34,492 bases of DNA from Octopus bimaculoides (lineage: Eukaryota). The notes beneath the pieces were generated by a model, which was not told the origin of the DNA, ran no database searches, and saw only the letters and a list, made by a program, of their open reading frames with translations. The stretch spans positions 47,048,174-47,082,665 of the forward strand of contig NC_068981.1 in NCBI RefSeq assembly GCF_001194135.2, in the 5' to 3' direction. The position numbers were made by a program, and so were the translations under genes. How positions within the stretch are numbered: position 1 is the first letter of the stretch; the number at the start of each line of letters is the position of its first letter. This document shows positions 10,775 through 22,365 of the stretch, one piece after another.

Positions 10775-12947
10775 GTGGTTACATTTAGACATTGTTTTGG
10801 ACAGAATAGGTTCATTCCCAGAGTTGTGCGCCGGGGAGTAGTGACGTTGGTGAGGAAGGACCCGGAAAAGGTGGATAATATAGATAATTTTAGGCCCATC
10901 ACTCTGCTGAACGCAGAGATGAATATTTTGGCCAAGGTGTTAGCAAAAAGATGGACGCATGTTGCAGATGACCTGATTGGGGAGGTACAAACATGTGCAA
11001 TCCCGAGCAGAACCATCCAGGATACTCATCTTATACGCTACACTGTAGAAGGGTGTGGTAGTAATTCTGGCAAAGGTGCTGTACTGGTCCATTTGGACCA
11101 AGCTAAATCATTTGATAGGGTAGACCATCGATACCTTTTTACGTACTCGCGCAGTTCGGACTGGGTCTTGTTTTCCTCAAGGGGATCATACAGTTGTGCG
11201 ACAATATCGGCTCGATCGTTCGGGTGAACGGCTTTTTCTCGAAGCCGTTCTTCATAAAACGGTCGGTTCGCCAAGGGTGTCCGCTCTCTCCGTTTTTGTG
11301 CGTGATGTCCTGCGAGCCATTTCTGCGAAAGCTGAGCAGCACCCCGACGAATCCAGAAGGTGGAGGATCGGATACAGCGTACGCGGATGACATCACTATC
11401 ATCGTGACCAAGATGGGACACCTAGAGAAAGTAGGCGAAGCCATTCAGGTTTACGAGACGGTGGCAGGAACCAAAAATTACCGGGAAAAGTCGGTCGGCT
11501 TGCAAGTCAGCACCTGCAGGGGTAAGTCGATACCTTCGAATAGCGTCGTGGGACGCTGGACGGAAGGCCCGGTTAAGTTGCTAAGAATCTGGTTTAGCCA
11601 AGATCACCAAAGAGAAAAAAACTGGTCCGAGGTATCGGGGAAGGTGACACATAGTAAAGACCTGGTCTAGGCGGTGGCTATGATTGAAAGGGAGGGCGGA
11701 GGTAGCCAATGTGCTTATCGCATTGGTCATCGTTTACCGTATTTCCGTCGTTCCTTGTCTAGATTCGTGTTTAACCAAGCTGGAGAAGATAAACTTCTGC
11801 TTTTTGTGGAAGAACAACGGTCCAGTTGTAAGACGTTATATTTGCTGTCAAAAGCCGTTAAAGGCTGGTTTAGGGATTCCTTGGCTGTTGATGCACAAGC
11901 ATGTGCTGAGGTTGAGGCACCTCTGGCTTTACCTGGAAGGTGAACGGGTGTGGTCTTTGCTCGCTAGATGGATGTTCCCTAGCTTTACTAGTTTTGGTGG
12001 TAGTGGAAACTGGTCTCGTCGAAGATCGAGATTGGATACCTGGTATACGGAGTGCCGTAAGGCTCTTCTCCAGTTTCACAACTCGGGCAATGCCAGCGAT
12101 TTCGGTACCACCTCGGCTTACTGTAGTAGGTTGGTAGAGGCAGGAAATGCTGATACCCTTGGAAGGACCCTGGGTCTAGATGATAATCAGTTAGACAGCC
12201 TGTTCCGAAGAACATTCGGGCCGAAGACACTGGATAACTTCCAAAAATATTTGGCCTGACTGTGTTACCGAGGAGCCCTACCCGTTTGGGATAATCTCAC
12301 CAGACACGGCCATCGTGGGCCGTCGGCCTGCCAAGATGCGAGCGGGACGTGGAAACCATCCTGCTCGCTATTGTTCAGTGTCCGAGAATTTCAGAAGTGT
12401 GGGTTTATGCAGAACACCTGTTGTCAGATGGAAGAAGAGTAGAGCTATCACTTGAGTCAATTCTAAAAATTAACCCACCGGATTTCCTTACGGTAGAAGG
12501 GGAGAATTGTTTTCTCGTAGTAGTAGCAATTGCGAGAGAGGTGATATGGAAGTAAAGAATGAAAAAGGTTGTGACAGACAGCTTCGTCTCCGGCCTCACT
12601 CTGGTGAATGTGTTTACCTTTCACCTTAAAAGGAAGGTGTGGCTGCGGAGGAGGTATTTGTCAGATCGTGTGTTCAATAAACGATGGACGCGTGTGGCAC
12701 GTATGTTGGGAGTGAAAGGCCCTGCGTGAACACGTCAGAAAGATTACCAAGGTGTCGGTATTAAAGACAGGGCTCGTGGGTTTGGAGCTTACCTGTTTTT
12801 AATGCCATATCGTGTTATTCTTGTATATGTAAATGTTTCTTGTGTTCCATTCGTTAATTGTAATTTTGAAACCTTTACGATTGTATATGACCCCGTTCAT
12901 ATTGTGTTGTCCCCCTCTTTGTGCGCCTGTATGGGCAATAATAAAAC
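10775..12947 (+). mobile_element. 5'-truncated, frameshifted L1/Tx1-clade LINE ORF2 (RT plus C-terminal Zn finger) and 3' UTR
   Basis: KDPEKVDNIDNFRPITLLNAEMNILAKVLAKR; LDQAKSFDRVDH; SVRQGCPLSP; YADD at 11380-11391; GGLG-like KAGLGIP; decayed CCHC (RCERDVETILLAIVQCPRISEVW); stop at 12727-12729; AATAATAAAA near 12938-12947. No endonuclease domain present. Confidence 0.93.
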
Positions 12948-13069
12948 TAATCATCCCGGAAAGTTTCATCCGAACCCACCCAGCAGTTCTAGAGATATTT
13001 TGTCCATGGACAAACAAACAAGCAAACACGACTGAAATAACCCCGCCACTTCAGTAAGGCAGAGGTAAT
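12948..13069 (-). mobile_element. Probable 5' part of the Helentron-type non-autonomous element
   Basis: Minus strand ATTACCTCTGCCTTACTGAAGTGGCGGGGTTA (short hairpin), then TTTGCTTGTTTGTTTGTCC low complexity and GGATGAAACTTTCCGGGATG, a layout I associate with HINE/DINE-like elements. Confidence 0.5.
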
Positions 13070-13309
13070 GATGTTTTACTGAATATAATCGACAGATTAA
13101 CATTTCGTGATGTGAGAATAATTGTAGCACCATTACATATTCTAACTAAAATATTCATTTAAAATAACAAGTAGATCCTCACTGATCTACATCAATGATT
13201 CTTAGATTCCTTTGAAAAACAAGGGAAGAAATGACAGAAATTTTAGTGATAAATTTTCAACTAATTATTTTAATATAAAATATATATTATTATATATTCT
13301 GGTAAGACA

Positions 13310-13522
13310 GGCTGTGAGCCGGCAGAAACGTTAGCGCACTGTCCAAAAGGATTAGCAGCATTTCGTCCATATTTACTTTCTGCGTTTAAATTGCACCGGG
13401 GCTGAGATTGCTTTTCATCCATTCGTGGGGTGATAAAATAAGGACCAGCTAAGCATTAAGGTAGACGTAATGGATTTAGCTCCTCCCCATAAATTGCCGG
13501 CCTTGTACCAAAATTTGAAACC
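13310..13522 (+). mobile_element. Diverged SINE copy
   Basis: GTGAGCCGGCAGAAACGTTAGCGC...GCATTTCGTCC...TTGCTTTTCATCCATTCGTGGGGTGATAAAATAAGGACCAG...CCTTGTACCAAAATTTGAAACC; same family as 10267-10395. Confidence 0.75.
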
Positions 13523-14288
13523 GTTATATATTCTGGTAGGGTCCAAATTATACAAAGCATGAAATAGCTTACATGAATTATGAAACGAAATTGTCCAATC
13601 TTGAGCTCTGTAACATGATTTCATAAGTAATAATGGAATGCGCACAGAATTAGCTTGTCTCATTAATATATTCGCTACGTTTGTATTGTAACATGACAGT
13701 TGCTCACGTTACCAAGTCAACTGTTTATAAAACGTAATTGCCAATATTCGAGATACTTAAATTCACCACTGTGGAGTGTAATTATTGGAGTTCATTGATA
13801 TAAGTGGCCATAAGTATCTGACGCATTTTAAATTATGAATACGTTGACGTCAATTTAAGTTTTCTATTTTCCTTGAAGCAAGCTCAATCAAACAATCGAA
13901 TATAATTGCATAAAGTGTAAGAACTCGGTTTCCACAATAATCCATGAATGCCCGAGCAAGATTACGTAACGTATATGAATATAGTGATAACTATACTGCT
14001 GTACCTGTAGTGGAAACAAGCATAACATCATTCAATCGGCACATGACGTGAAGCAAGTGAGATATAAAGAGATAAGCTTTTAAATAGTATTACCTGTACC
14101 TCACAATGTTCATTAGGTACATGCATTGTGTATCCCAGCAGAATAACAGGCTTATTTCCAATTTCTATCGAGGTGGCCACTGCTCTAGCAAATGAACTCG
14201 CCTTGATGACGTCTGGTATTTCCAGTTGTTTTGCAGTGACATATAATATTCAATGTTACAATGTTTACGATTTCAGTCATTCACAATA

Positions 14289-14389
<101 letters not shown>

Positions 14390-15550
14390 TTTCCGCCTTG
14401 TATAGATATACAGATTTCTATTCTAATTGAATTGAAGTCGTCTTTTATGGCATATGAAATGTTTAGTTATTTCAAAATTTATTTGTGTAATTTGCATTAT
14501 CTCTAAATTATGATAAATGTAAAGTTATTGACATAGTCTCTATGTAAGCTAAAGGCAATATAGTATCATGCTTCTTGACGGAAATTTATTGAAGCAAAAT
14601 CGAATTATGTTTTTTTTTTTACCTTCTTATAATTCACATGTACCTATGCATGTTATAATTCTGAACAATTTTCAATTTTTTAATCATAAAATTAGTCAAA
14701 ATGTATGATCACAGAAATCAAATATATATCATCTAGTACTTTCTGTCACATCCGATCGTTATTCTAAGAAATGTGTATATCTTATAGAACGTGGTAATAA
14801 GGATTATGCAGACGCTAATCAAAAGAATTTACTAATATTCCTGTTCTCAAATTAACACATAACTCATGTTCGAATGAGGCGTTAAATTGTTTTCTGTCCT
14901 AATGCAAGCTATTTGAATTAAAGCATACTCAAGTTTAATCGAATCTTTATTTTGAGAACATATTTCGACCTTATTACATGTTCACTTATAATGTGAATTC
15001 TTTCACTAACAGGTGAAGTGCGTATCACGAAATCTAATTACATAGAATCGAATGTGCAAAATATTCGTTAACAATGCATATTGTCTGAATCCTATATCAA
15101 ATTATCTTGCCTAAATAGTATTCACTATTCGTTGGAAAGAGTTCAGCAACTAGCATAAGGTGTACTAAGAACTTGATTATTCAATTCTGGGATGAATTAT
15201 GAATATTCGGCATTTTTATATCAAATAACCACTTGAAATTAAACTCTGCAGAACTGATTTTATTTCCATTGCCGTGAGCATCGAGGGAATTTTGGAGCAT
15301 TTAGAGTATTAATCCTTCTTTTGCTTATTAAGCATTGATGTTACTATTGCAGTTTAACATTGAGTTTTAGGAATGGCATATTTGTCGCGAGGAATGTAGT
15401 AACTAATAGGAATCTTAATGGAATAGAATTTTTCAGTCGTTATACTCGTATTTACGTCAAAAGAAAAGCATAATGGAAGCTAATAGAATTACAAAAGAAA
15501 ATCACTATATTTCTGACCGATTGGAAATATGGAAGACATGGCTTGCAAAA

Positions 15551-16740
15551 CTAAATTGAATTTCTTTTACTGAATAGAATGAAAATAAAAATTACAATAA
15601 CAATTGCAATGACAGCAGCAGCCACAAGATAGACAAGAACAGTTACAGCGATAACAATAATATTAATCCTTGCCCTTCAAAAGTATTCTCTTGTGATACT
15701 GCCTTTCATTGGTTCGTTATGTATAGCACTAACATCTAAAATCCAAAGATATGTATATCACGCAGTTGTATGACATTCTCGAACTGTCTCCTGTTTTGGA
15801 GTAACCATTGCATCACTTTAATGTTAATTTTTTTCTTCATCACGAGGATCTCATATTTGGAATTTCTAAATTATATTCTGATATCGTTGCTAAATATTCT
15901 CAACGAATTAGCAATGGGCCTGGATTTTCCTTCTACAGATAATTAACTTTATTGATAATCAACTATTTGTTATTCAGCATGAAGAACAAAGAGAAATGTA
16001 TCTTCTTGTCTTTTCCGAAAATGTATTCACATTTCTTATTTCTAGAACATATTGTTTAGTCTTTATATCAATTCTTCATTAATGTATTATGAATTTTGAA
16101 CTTCACATTAACGTTTCAGTTTAACGTGCTTCAGAGAGTGGCGACTTGTCACATACTTTTATCGCTATTACTAAGGAAATTTGCTGAACTCAAAGGCATC
16201 TCTGAGTAGCTTTCTGAATTTGACATGACATGTGGTATTCCGTTAATTCTGAGTAGTATAATTTTCCATTGTCACAGTAAACTGTTGTAGTTTTCAGTAA
16301 TACTTCCGATTTCGAATACCTCCTGAATTCTTTTGGTGGCCTTTCTGATTCTCTAATCATCGAAAATTCTTAGACGTTTCTTGTGTTACATCCTTAATTT
16401 CAAGAAGAAAGTAACTTATTGATATTTCATTTTCGTCTTCTTTATTGAAGATCAGTGATAAGTCATTGCCAGCTGTGACTAGGAGATATACTTGATCGTC
16501 GACATTGGTTCTGAAAGTGAACCGTATTTTTGATGAATACTGTTCCTGGTGATGCGAATAGAAATTCTTTTTTGGTGGGAAGGAGCAGAAAGAGCATTTT
16601 CCAAGATATGCTACTGCTATTGTTACCCAGAGCTGCTTAAATTTCACATATTTTGTATTTCGCGCTCTGCCGAGTGGACTGATTGCACAATAATTGTTAT
16701 GCCATTGCTCTTAGGAATCAGGAAGAGAATTCAACGCATT
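15551..16740 (-). pseudogene. Candidate decayed type-I membrane protein gene (Ig-like / FN3-like ectodomain plus TM)
   Basis: 30-codon hydrophobic run IIVIAVTVLVYLVAAAVIAIVIVIFIFILF then SKR (15661-15563); YFLLEIKDVTQETSKNFR*LENQKG resembles Ig E-F strands with TGA at the Cys position; QYVLEIRNVNT; LSVEGKSRPIANSLRIF resembles an FN3 start. Many stops and frameshifts. Confidence 0.45.
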
Positions 16741-16844
16741 TTGGCAGTTGAGAACTTAAGTCAATGTAAACAGCTTACACCTGCCTCTCATACTTTCTAG
16801 CCTTGTGCCAAAGTTTGAAACCAACATATGCTAATATATATTTA

Positions 16845-16859
16845 CATGTATGTGTATGC

Positions 16860-16893
<34 letters not shown>

Positions 16894-16955
16894 CAGAGAG
16901 AGAGAGAGACAGAGAGAGAGAGAGAAAGAGAGAGAGAGACAGAGACAGAGAGAGA
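16845..16955. repeat. (GT)n/(GA)n compound microsatellite
   Basis: Direct inspection. Confidence 0.95.
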
Positions 16956-17574
16956 TTACATATCTTCTGTATATTTTAAATTGCGACTACATGTGTTACT
17001 GTGTCCATTTATCTTTTGGGTTCTCAGTTTGCTGAAATTTTTTAATCATGTGCTATTCTAATTGTTAACGTTTGAGCTGCTTTCCCCCGAAAGAAAAAGT
17101 TAAGAGTATATTTTTCATCGCCTGGGAGAAAATTCCATTAATAAAACTTCCAAAATGTCTTTCAATATATTCCACACAAAAATTTGTTGTTTTATAAGAT
17201 AGTCGTGAATGTGTTGAAGGACACAAGCAAAAAAATCCTCTTCGTCCTCCGGCAAACTGAAAGAAAATATCAAAGACAACAAGAATAATTTACCTGTCGT
17301 TCAGCAACACAATTCGTCATTCAGCAACACAGCACATCGTTCATCAGAAGAATTAATCACTTTTACTCTTGGCCTGTGCGCCAACCCAACTCCATACACC
17401 ACAATTCATTGCATACACTCGCGCAACGAATCGCACATGGTCTTGTACCATTTTTCTCTTTCCGAGTAATTATTTGCTCAAGTATGTGACACCCGTCCCT
17501 TCACTACCACCATTGTTGATGTTGTCTTTTCACCACAACCATATTTGGTTTTGTGAAATTGAATCAGAAGAGGC

Positions 17575-19770
17575 TAAGGTAAAGATACAGAAACGAACTG
17601 CAAAGGAAAGACAATATAAAACGCAAAAATTGTTGAAGCGGGTCTAAGACAAATTATCAAAGCTGTACTGGATAAAATAAGAATACACACGCAAAACAAG
17701 TAACTAACAGAGAAACATCTGTATCAGCAGGATGGTCTCTTCAAAAACAACGAAGGAAAGTGTTACAGCAACTGAAAATTAAAGAGTAGCTTTAAGGAAA
17801 TGATTTGGCAGATGCTGAAACAACTAAGAAATTCTAGGGAGAAATCTAAAGCAAAGAAGTGCAACATAATATAAAAGCAGGCTGGTTACGGAAATTTAAA
17901 AGAGAGGCGGAAATTGGAGGGACACAAGAAAGGTAACTATCACGGATAAGAAAGTAAGAGATGATTTAGTAAATTCTAAATTGGAAATCCCCCATACTGG
18001 ATTCTATTCAGCGTTTCTGGATCATGAATCTACCAAGTAATCTACTAAGCATACACAGTTATATACAACCATGTTTTACTAACTTCATAGAAAATGGAAG
18101 ACCAACATAGATAAAAAAGGAAGTGTTAAGTTAGAAATTATGGACCTATTACTTGTTCACTATTACTCTGGTCCCATAGCAGATGAGGTATACAATGTTC
18201 TAGAAAAGTAGATATATTGCCAAATGAACAACAACATAGAAGAAATCAAGGGCTACTTCTCATCCTCTACGAATAGATAATAGAGTATTAAATGAGGCAT
18301 GAGTAAGGAAGATTTTAGCTGTTAGATGGATAGATTACAAGAAGGCTTACAAGAATTTCCCGCACAGCTGGTTTGGGAATATCTGAGGACGCTCGAATTC
18401 AATGAGAAGATAAACAACTTTCTTCGAGGAAGCAAAAAATGTGTGGGAAACAGAAATGACGTGTGAATGAATCACTAGGCAACGTGTAAATTATACAGGG
18501 CATTTTCCAAGGAGATTCGTTCTTTCCATTACTGTTCGTCATAATGCTAATCGACTAGACTAATCAACTAGGCAAGGAAATTAAGAAGTTCCAGGCCTGC
18601 CTATGAGTTTACAAATTGCACGAGAATAAATCACCTTCTTGAAAGAGATGATCTCAAGCCGCATACGAAAATGACACAGACCAAGACTCTTTATTCCAAA
18701 CAGTGAAACTATTCAGTAAAGATATTTGTTTCGGGTAAATAAATGCACACTACTAAGTATGAAGAGAAGGTGGAAGATAAATTCTGTTGGCATAACATTA
18801 CAAGAAAACATTATTATATTGCTGAGGAAGAATGAGGGATACGCATGACTAAGAATGTAGCAAGACGATAGCATAAGGGCAGACGGAATGAGAAAGTCAC
18901 CAAAATGTCTAAAAAGAGAATTTGGAAGTTGCTCGGAACAAAATTATATGGGTAAGGGGGAATCATTAAAGCCGTAAATACATGGGCTATGCTCGTCGTC
19001 AGATACTCTGCTTCCTTTCTGAAATGGACAATAGTCCAGATAGAAAGCTTGGATAGAACTAGAAAGCTGCTCACACTGCAGAACACACTCACCAAAAAAG
19101 CAATACCGACCTCTAACTGCCAAGCAAGGAAGATGACAGAGCATTATTGAACGCAGAAGAGATTGTTAATACTGCGACACTAGACCTGAAATATTTAGTA
19201 CTTCAGAGTAAAGAATACTATCTGCAAACAGAGATGTTCAAAAAGTGACTTCAAGCAGTAGGAAAATTCAAAGAGTCAAGGAAAAACAACAGAGCAGACA
19301 GAAGGAAGAAATGGCCAATTGATACAACAAACCGAGAATGTCGGAAGTAAAGATCTCCGGCTCTAGTTGACAGAGTGGAACTTGAAACAAGAAACAGAAA
19401 TGCTAATTGTAGTGGCTCAGGAACAAGCTGTTAGAAAAAAATCTGATAAAGACAAAGTTGACAAAGCCGACAGGAAATCTGTAGGAGAGGAGACAAAAGT
19501 ATCAATCACGTTTGAGTGAGTGCAATATGCTAGCACTAAAGATGTATAAGCGTAGACATTTCTACGTATGCCAAAGCGTGTATTCGGATGCTGGCTGCGT
19601 GTGTGGCTTCAAAACAAAAGAAAAGTGGTATGAAAACGAACAAGAGATTGCGACATAAACAAAGAGGATTATAAGGTACAGTGCGGTTTTCCAATAAAGA
19701 CTGGCCCTACCATTGGCCAGATTTATTTTCAGGGGTACAAGTGCAATTTTCTTGATCACACTGCTTTACT
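17575..19770 (+). mobile_element. Heavily degraded R4/Dong-type non-LTR retrotransposon (RT, CCHC, start of RLE)
   Basis: YQQDGLFKNN; WIDYKKAY (18327-18350); GIFQGDS (18499-18519); NHLLERDDLK (DD at 18647-18652); IKAVNTWAMLVVRYS; LKQETEMLIVVAQEQA; SINH..SECNMLALKMYKRRH; PD..D remnants near 19716-19760. Confidence 0.88.
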
Positions 19771-19972
19771 TTCATGAGATGAAAAATAAACTTTGTCAGA
19801 AATAAAAGACAAAGCTTATTTTTCTTTCCTAACCCCGGTGAAGGAGAGGCACCAACGAATATTTAGCTGTGCGAGTGTCTATTCGGTAAGAACTTTATTT
19901 CATCTAATAAAATCTTTGCTTTCGGAAACGAATTATAGGTATCGTAGCGTCCACTTCGTGAGCAGTGGACAG

Positions 19973-20012
19973 CAGCAGCAGCAACAAAAACAATAACAAC
20001 AGTAATAATAAC

Positions 20013-20071
<59 letters not shown>

Positions 20072-20090
20072 CAACAACAATAATAATAAT
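19973..20090. repeat. (AGC)/(AAC)/(AAT)n microsatellite
   Basis: Direct inspection. Confidence 0.96.
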
Positions 20091-20370
20091 GAAAATATTG
20101 CTCAAATTAGGGGTTACCGACAACGTATGTATGATCATTGGAGGGAGAACGGCTTGTTTCAACTCACGGAACAGAGACTATGTGTTCAACATCACTGAAA
20201 GAAAAAAACATGATGCCATCAAGTAGAAAGCATTACCAGAAAGCAGCATTGGTAGGAACCACACGAATACTACGGAAGGTGCTCGAAAAATAAAAGGTGT
20301 TACCTTAGTTCACTGGTAGTGAACAGCTGACACCATAGTACATCTCCAGCGTTAGAAGTTGTGCAAAGGC
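20091..20370 (+). mobile_element. Short R4/Dong-type piece: N-terminal segment joined to C-terminus and 3' UTR
   Basis: IRGYRQRMYDHWRENGLFQLTEQRL then QKAALVGTTRILRKVLEK* and a 3' UTR (TAGTGAACAGCTGACACCATAGTACATCTCCAGCGTTAGAA) nearly identical to 25387-25430. Confidence 0.8.
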
Positions 20371-20386
20371 AATGATGATGATGATG

Positions 20387-20436
<50 letters not shown>

Positions 20437-20467
20437 GATGATGATGATGATGATGATAATAATAATG

Positions 20468-20551
<84 letters not shown>

Positions 20552-20560
20552 GTGATGATA
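20371..20560. repeat. (AAT)/(GAT)n compound microsatellite
   Basis: Direct inspection. Confidence 0.97.
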
Positions 20561-20589
20561 ACAATTTCAGCTCAAGACCAAAGCGGACA

Positions 20590-20921
20590 AGAAACGATAA
20601 ATCATATTGTCTCAGGTTGCCCAGTCCTGGCCAAAGAGGAATATATTCGGAGACACGACAGAATTGTGATCTATTTACACTGGAAGCTGTGCCAACGTTA
20701 TGGAATAAATACAGAAACAAATGTTATAGGCACACGCCAAAGCGATCACAGAAAATGAGATATGCCAATACACACAAATAGAGATCATCAAGAAAAGTAA
20801 AAGCATTCTAATTGATGTATCAATACCAACAGATGACACCGTTTCACTAAAAGAAACGGATAAACTTTCAAAATACCATGACCTGGAACTAGAGGTAACT
20901 CGAATGTGGAGTCTAGAAACT
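20590..20921 (+). mobile_element. R4/Dong-type CCHC/RLE fragment (different subfamily)
   Basis: ETINHIVSGCPVLAKEEYIRRHDRIVIYLHWKLCQRYG and ILIDVSIPTDDTVSLKETDKLSKYHDLELEVTRMW. Confidence 0.85.
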
Positions 20922-21294
20922 TAGATGGAGAAAAAAAAAAACATATGCTGTTTGAGCCAACCTCTACGTATATAAACAGTAGTTTTCAGCCTTTTTTTCT
21001 TTTGAAATTCTAGGAAGAACCCTTACACACCTGTATTGGATTTGAGAATGGAAGATCGATGTTAGCAATTGAATTCAGTCATTACCATTTGATGACTTAA
21101 CACAAAAGAAATGTATTCTTAGTGATAGTCAGGGCATAGCAAATAGTATGAATTCGAAAATAGAATTCCTTGCCTCTGTCGGGCTAATAACACGATGATC
21201 CTGAGGCCGAATAAAAAAATTTTCGAAGGTGTAATATGACCTCATCGGATTTTAAGAGAAATTTCTTGTTTTACGGGTACCCGTTTATCGATGG

Positions 21295-21800
21295 CACGGC
21301 TCTTCATTTTAATATATTTCTGAACTGAAATGGATTGTAAACAGTCTGTAATTATGAAAGTAGTTGGGATCGCATCGGAAGCAATTGTCAATTGGCATAA
21401 TTACTTTCGTGACATTTGTGCCATGTGGGGCATAGTCAATCCTGTCCAACTTGGGGGACAGTATGTCGTCGTCGAGATAGACGAATCAAAGAGGTGGTTA
21501 TGGGCCGGGCTAGTGGGTTCTTGGAATGATAGAGTGTGGGAAGTTAAGATGTGTATTAGTTCCTGTCTCGGACAGAAGCGTTGTGACATTGCTGCCAATA
21601 ATCAATGACCATGTGCTTTCAGGGACTAAGATTGTAACTGATTTCGGCAGGCATATAATGCTTTTGCCAGGTCATTCAACAGTGAACCACAGTGCCCATT
21701 TTGACTACCCAAGAACCCTACGCCCCACACGAACACGGTGGATGGGTTGTGGATCCACGTAAAGATAAAATATCGCAACATGCATAGCACATCAGATATT
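21295..21800 (+). mobile_element. Merlin (IS1595/ISXO2-like DDE) transposase remnant
   Basis: IVNWHNYFRDIC; QLGGQYVVVEIDESK (D at 21480); WVLGMIE; VPVSDRSVVTLLPII; GTKIVTD (D at 21640); TVNHS; HTNTVDGLW (21726-21752). Stop, frameshifts and a short deletion after DESK; no TIRs found. Confidence 0.88.
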
Positions 21801-22159
21801 GGAGTTTAGTTGGCGATGATACAACAGAAATAATGTTTATTCAAACTTCAAAAATGTTTTTTTTTTATATAGAATTCATAAAATGTGTTGCCCCTCCTTT
21901 TCTCCATGCATGTTGCAATATTTTTGCTCTTTAGTGGTTAAAAAAAATAAAATAAACGTAGTAAAGATTAAAGAGTACTATAACTGATACGGCGTTCTGT
22001 TTTTCTGTTTTCTGTTTCGAAATTCACGGTATATAGATACACAAATGAATCAGTTAAAGAACGAATATGCAAGTCTTTTTTCGTTCAAGTTTAAAATGCG
22101 ACATTGTTGGCATAATTTCGTAATATCTACATTCCACAACACGTAAATACATGAAAACA

Positions 22160-22365
22160 GAACAGGCACACCGACACACACATGCACGTACGCACGCACA
22201 CACACATACACACATTCACACTCACAGAGGAATAAGCATTCACACACACACACACAAACAAGAACAAGCATGCACACACACACACACATACACACACAAA
22301 CAAGGGCGTACACACAGACAGAAGAACAAGCACGCACGCAAACGAGAACAAGCACGCACGCACAA
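22160..22365. repeat. Degenerate CA-rich repeat with recurring AGAACAAGCA(C/T)GCAC
   Basis: Direct inspection. Confidence 0.85.

Noticed and set aside
10621-10776. Twin-priming 5' inversion of the LINE
   Set aside because: The inverted-looking block resembles 3' UTR rather than sequence upstream of the truncation point.
14054-14240. Candidate minus-strand exon ending CAG|GTAATA
   Set aside because: Open for about 50 codons but no convincing acceptor and no homology.
16330-16647. Protocadherin or laminin-G assignment for the 96-aa ORF
   Set aside because: No DxD, LDRE or DxNDN cadherin motifs, and the spacing to the TM segment does not fit EC6; kept only as a weaker alternative.
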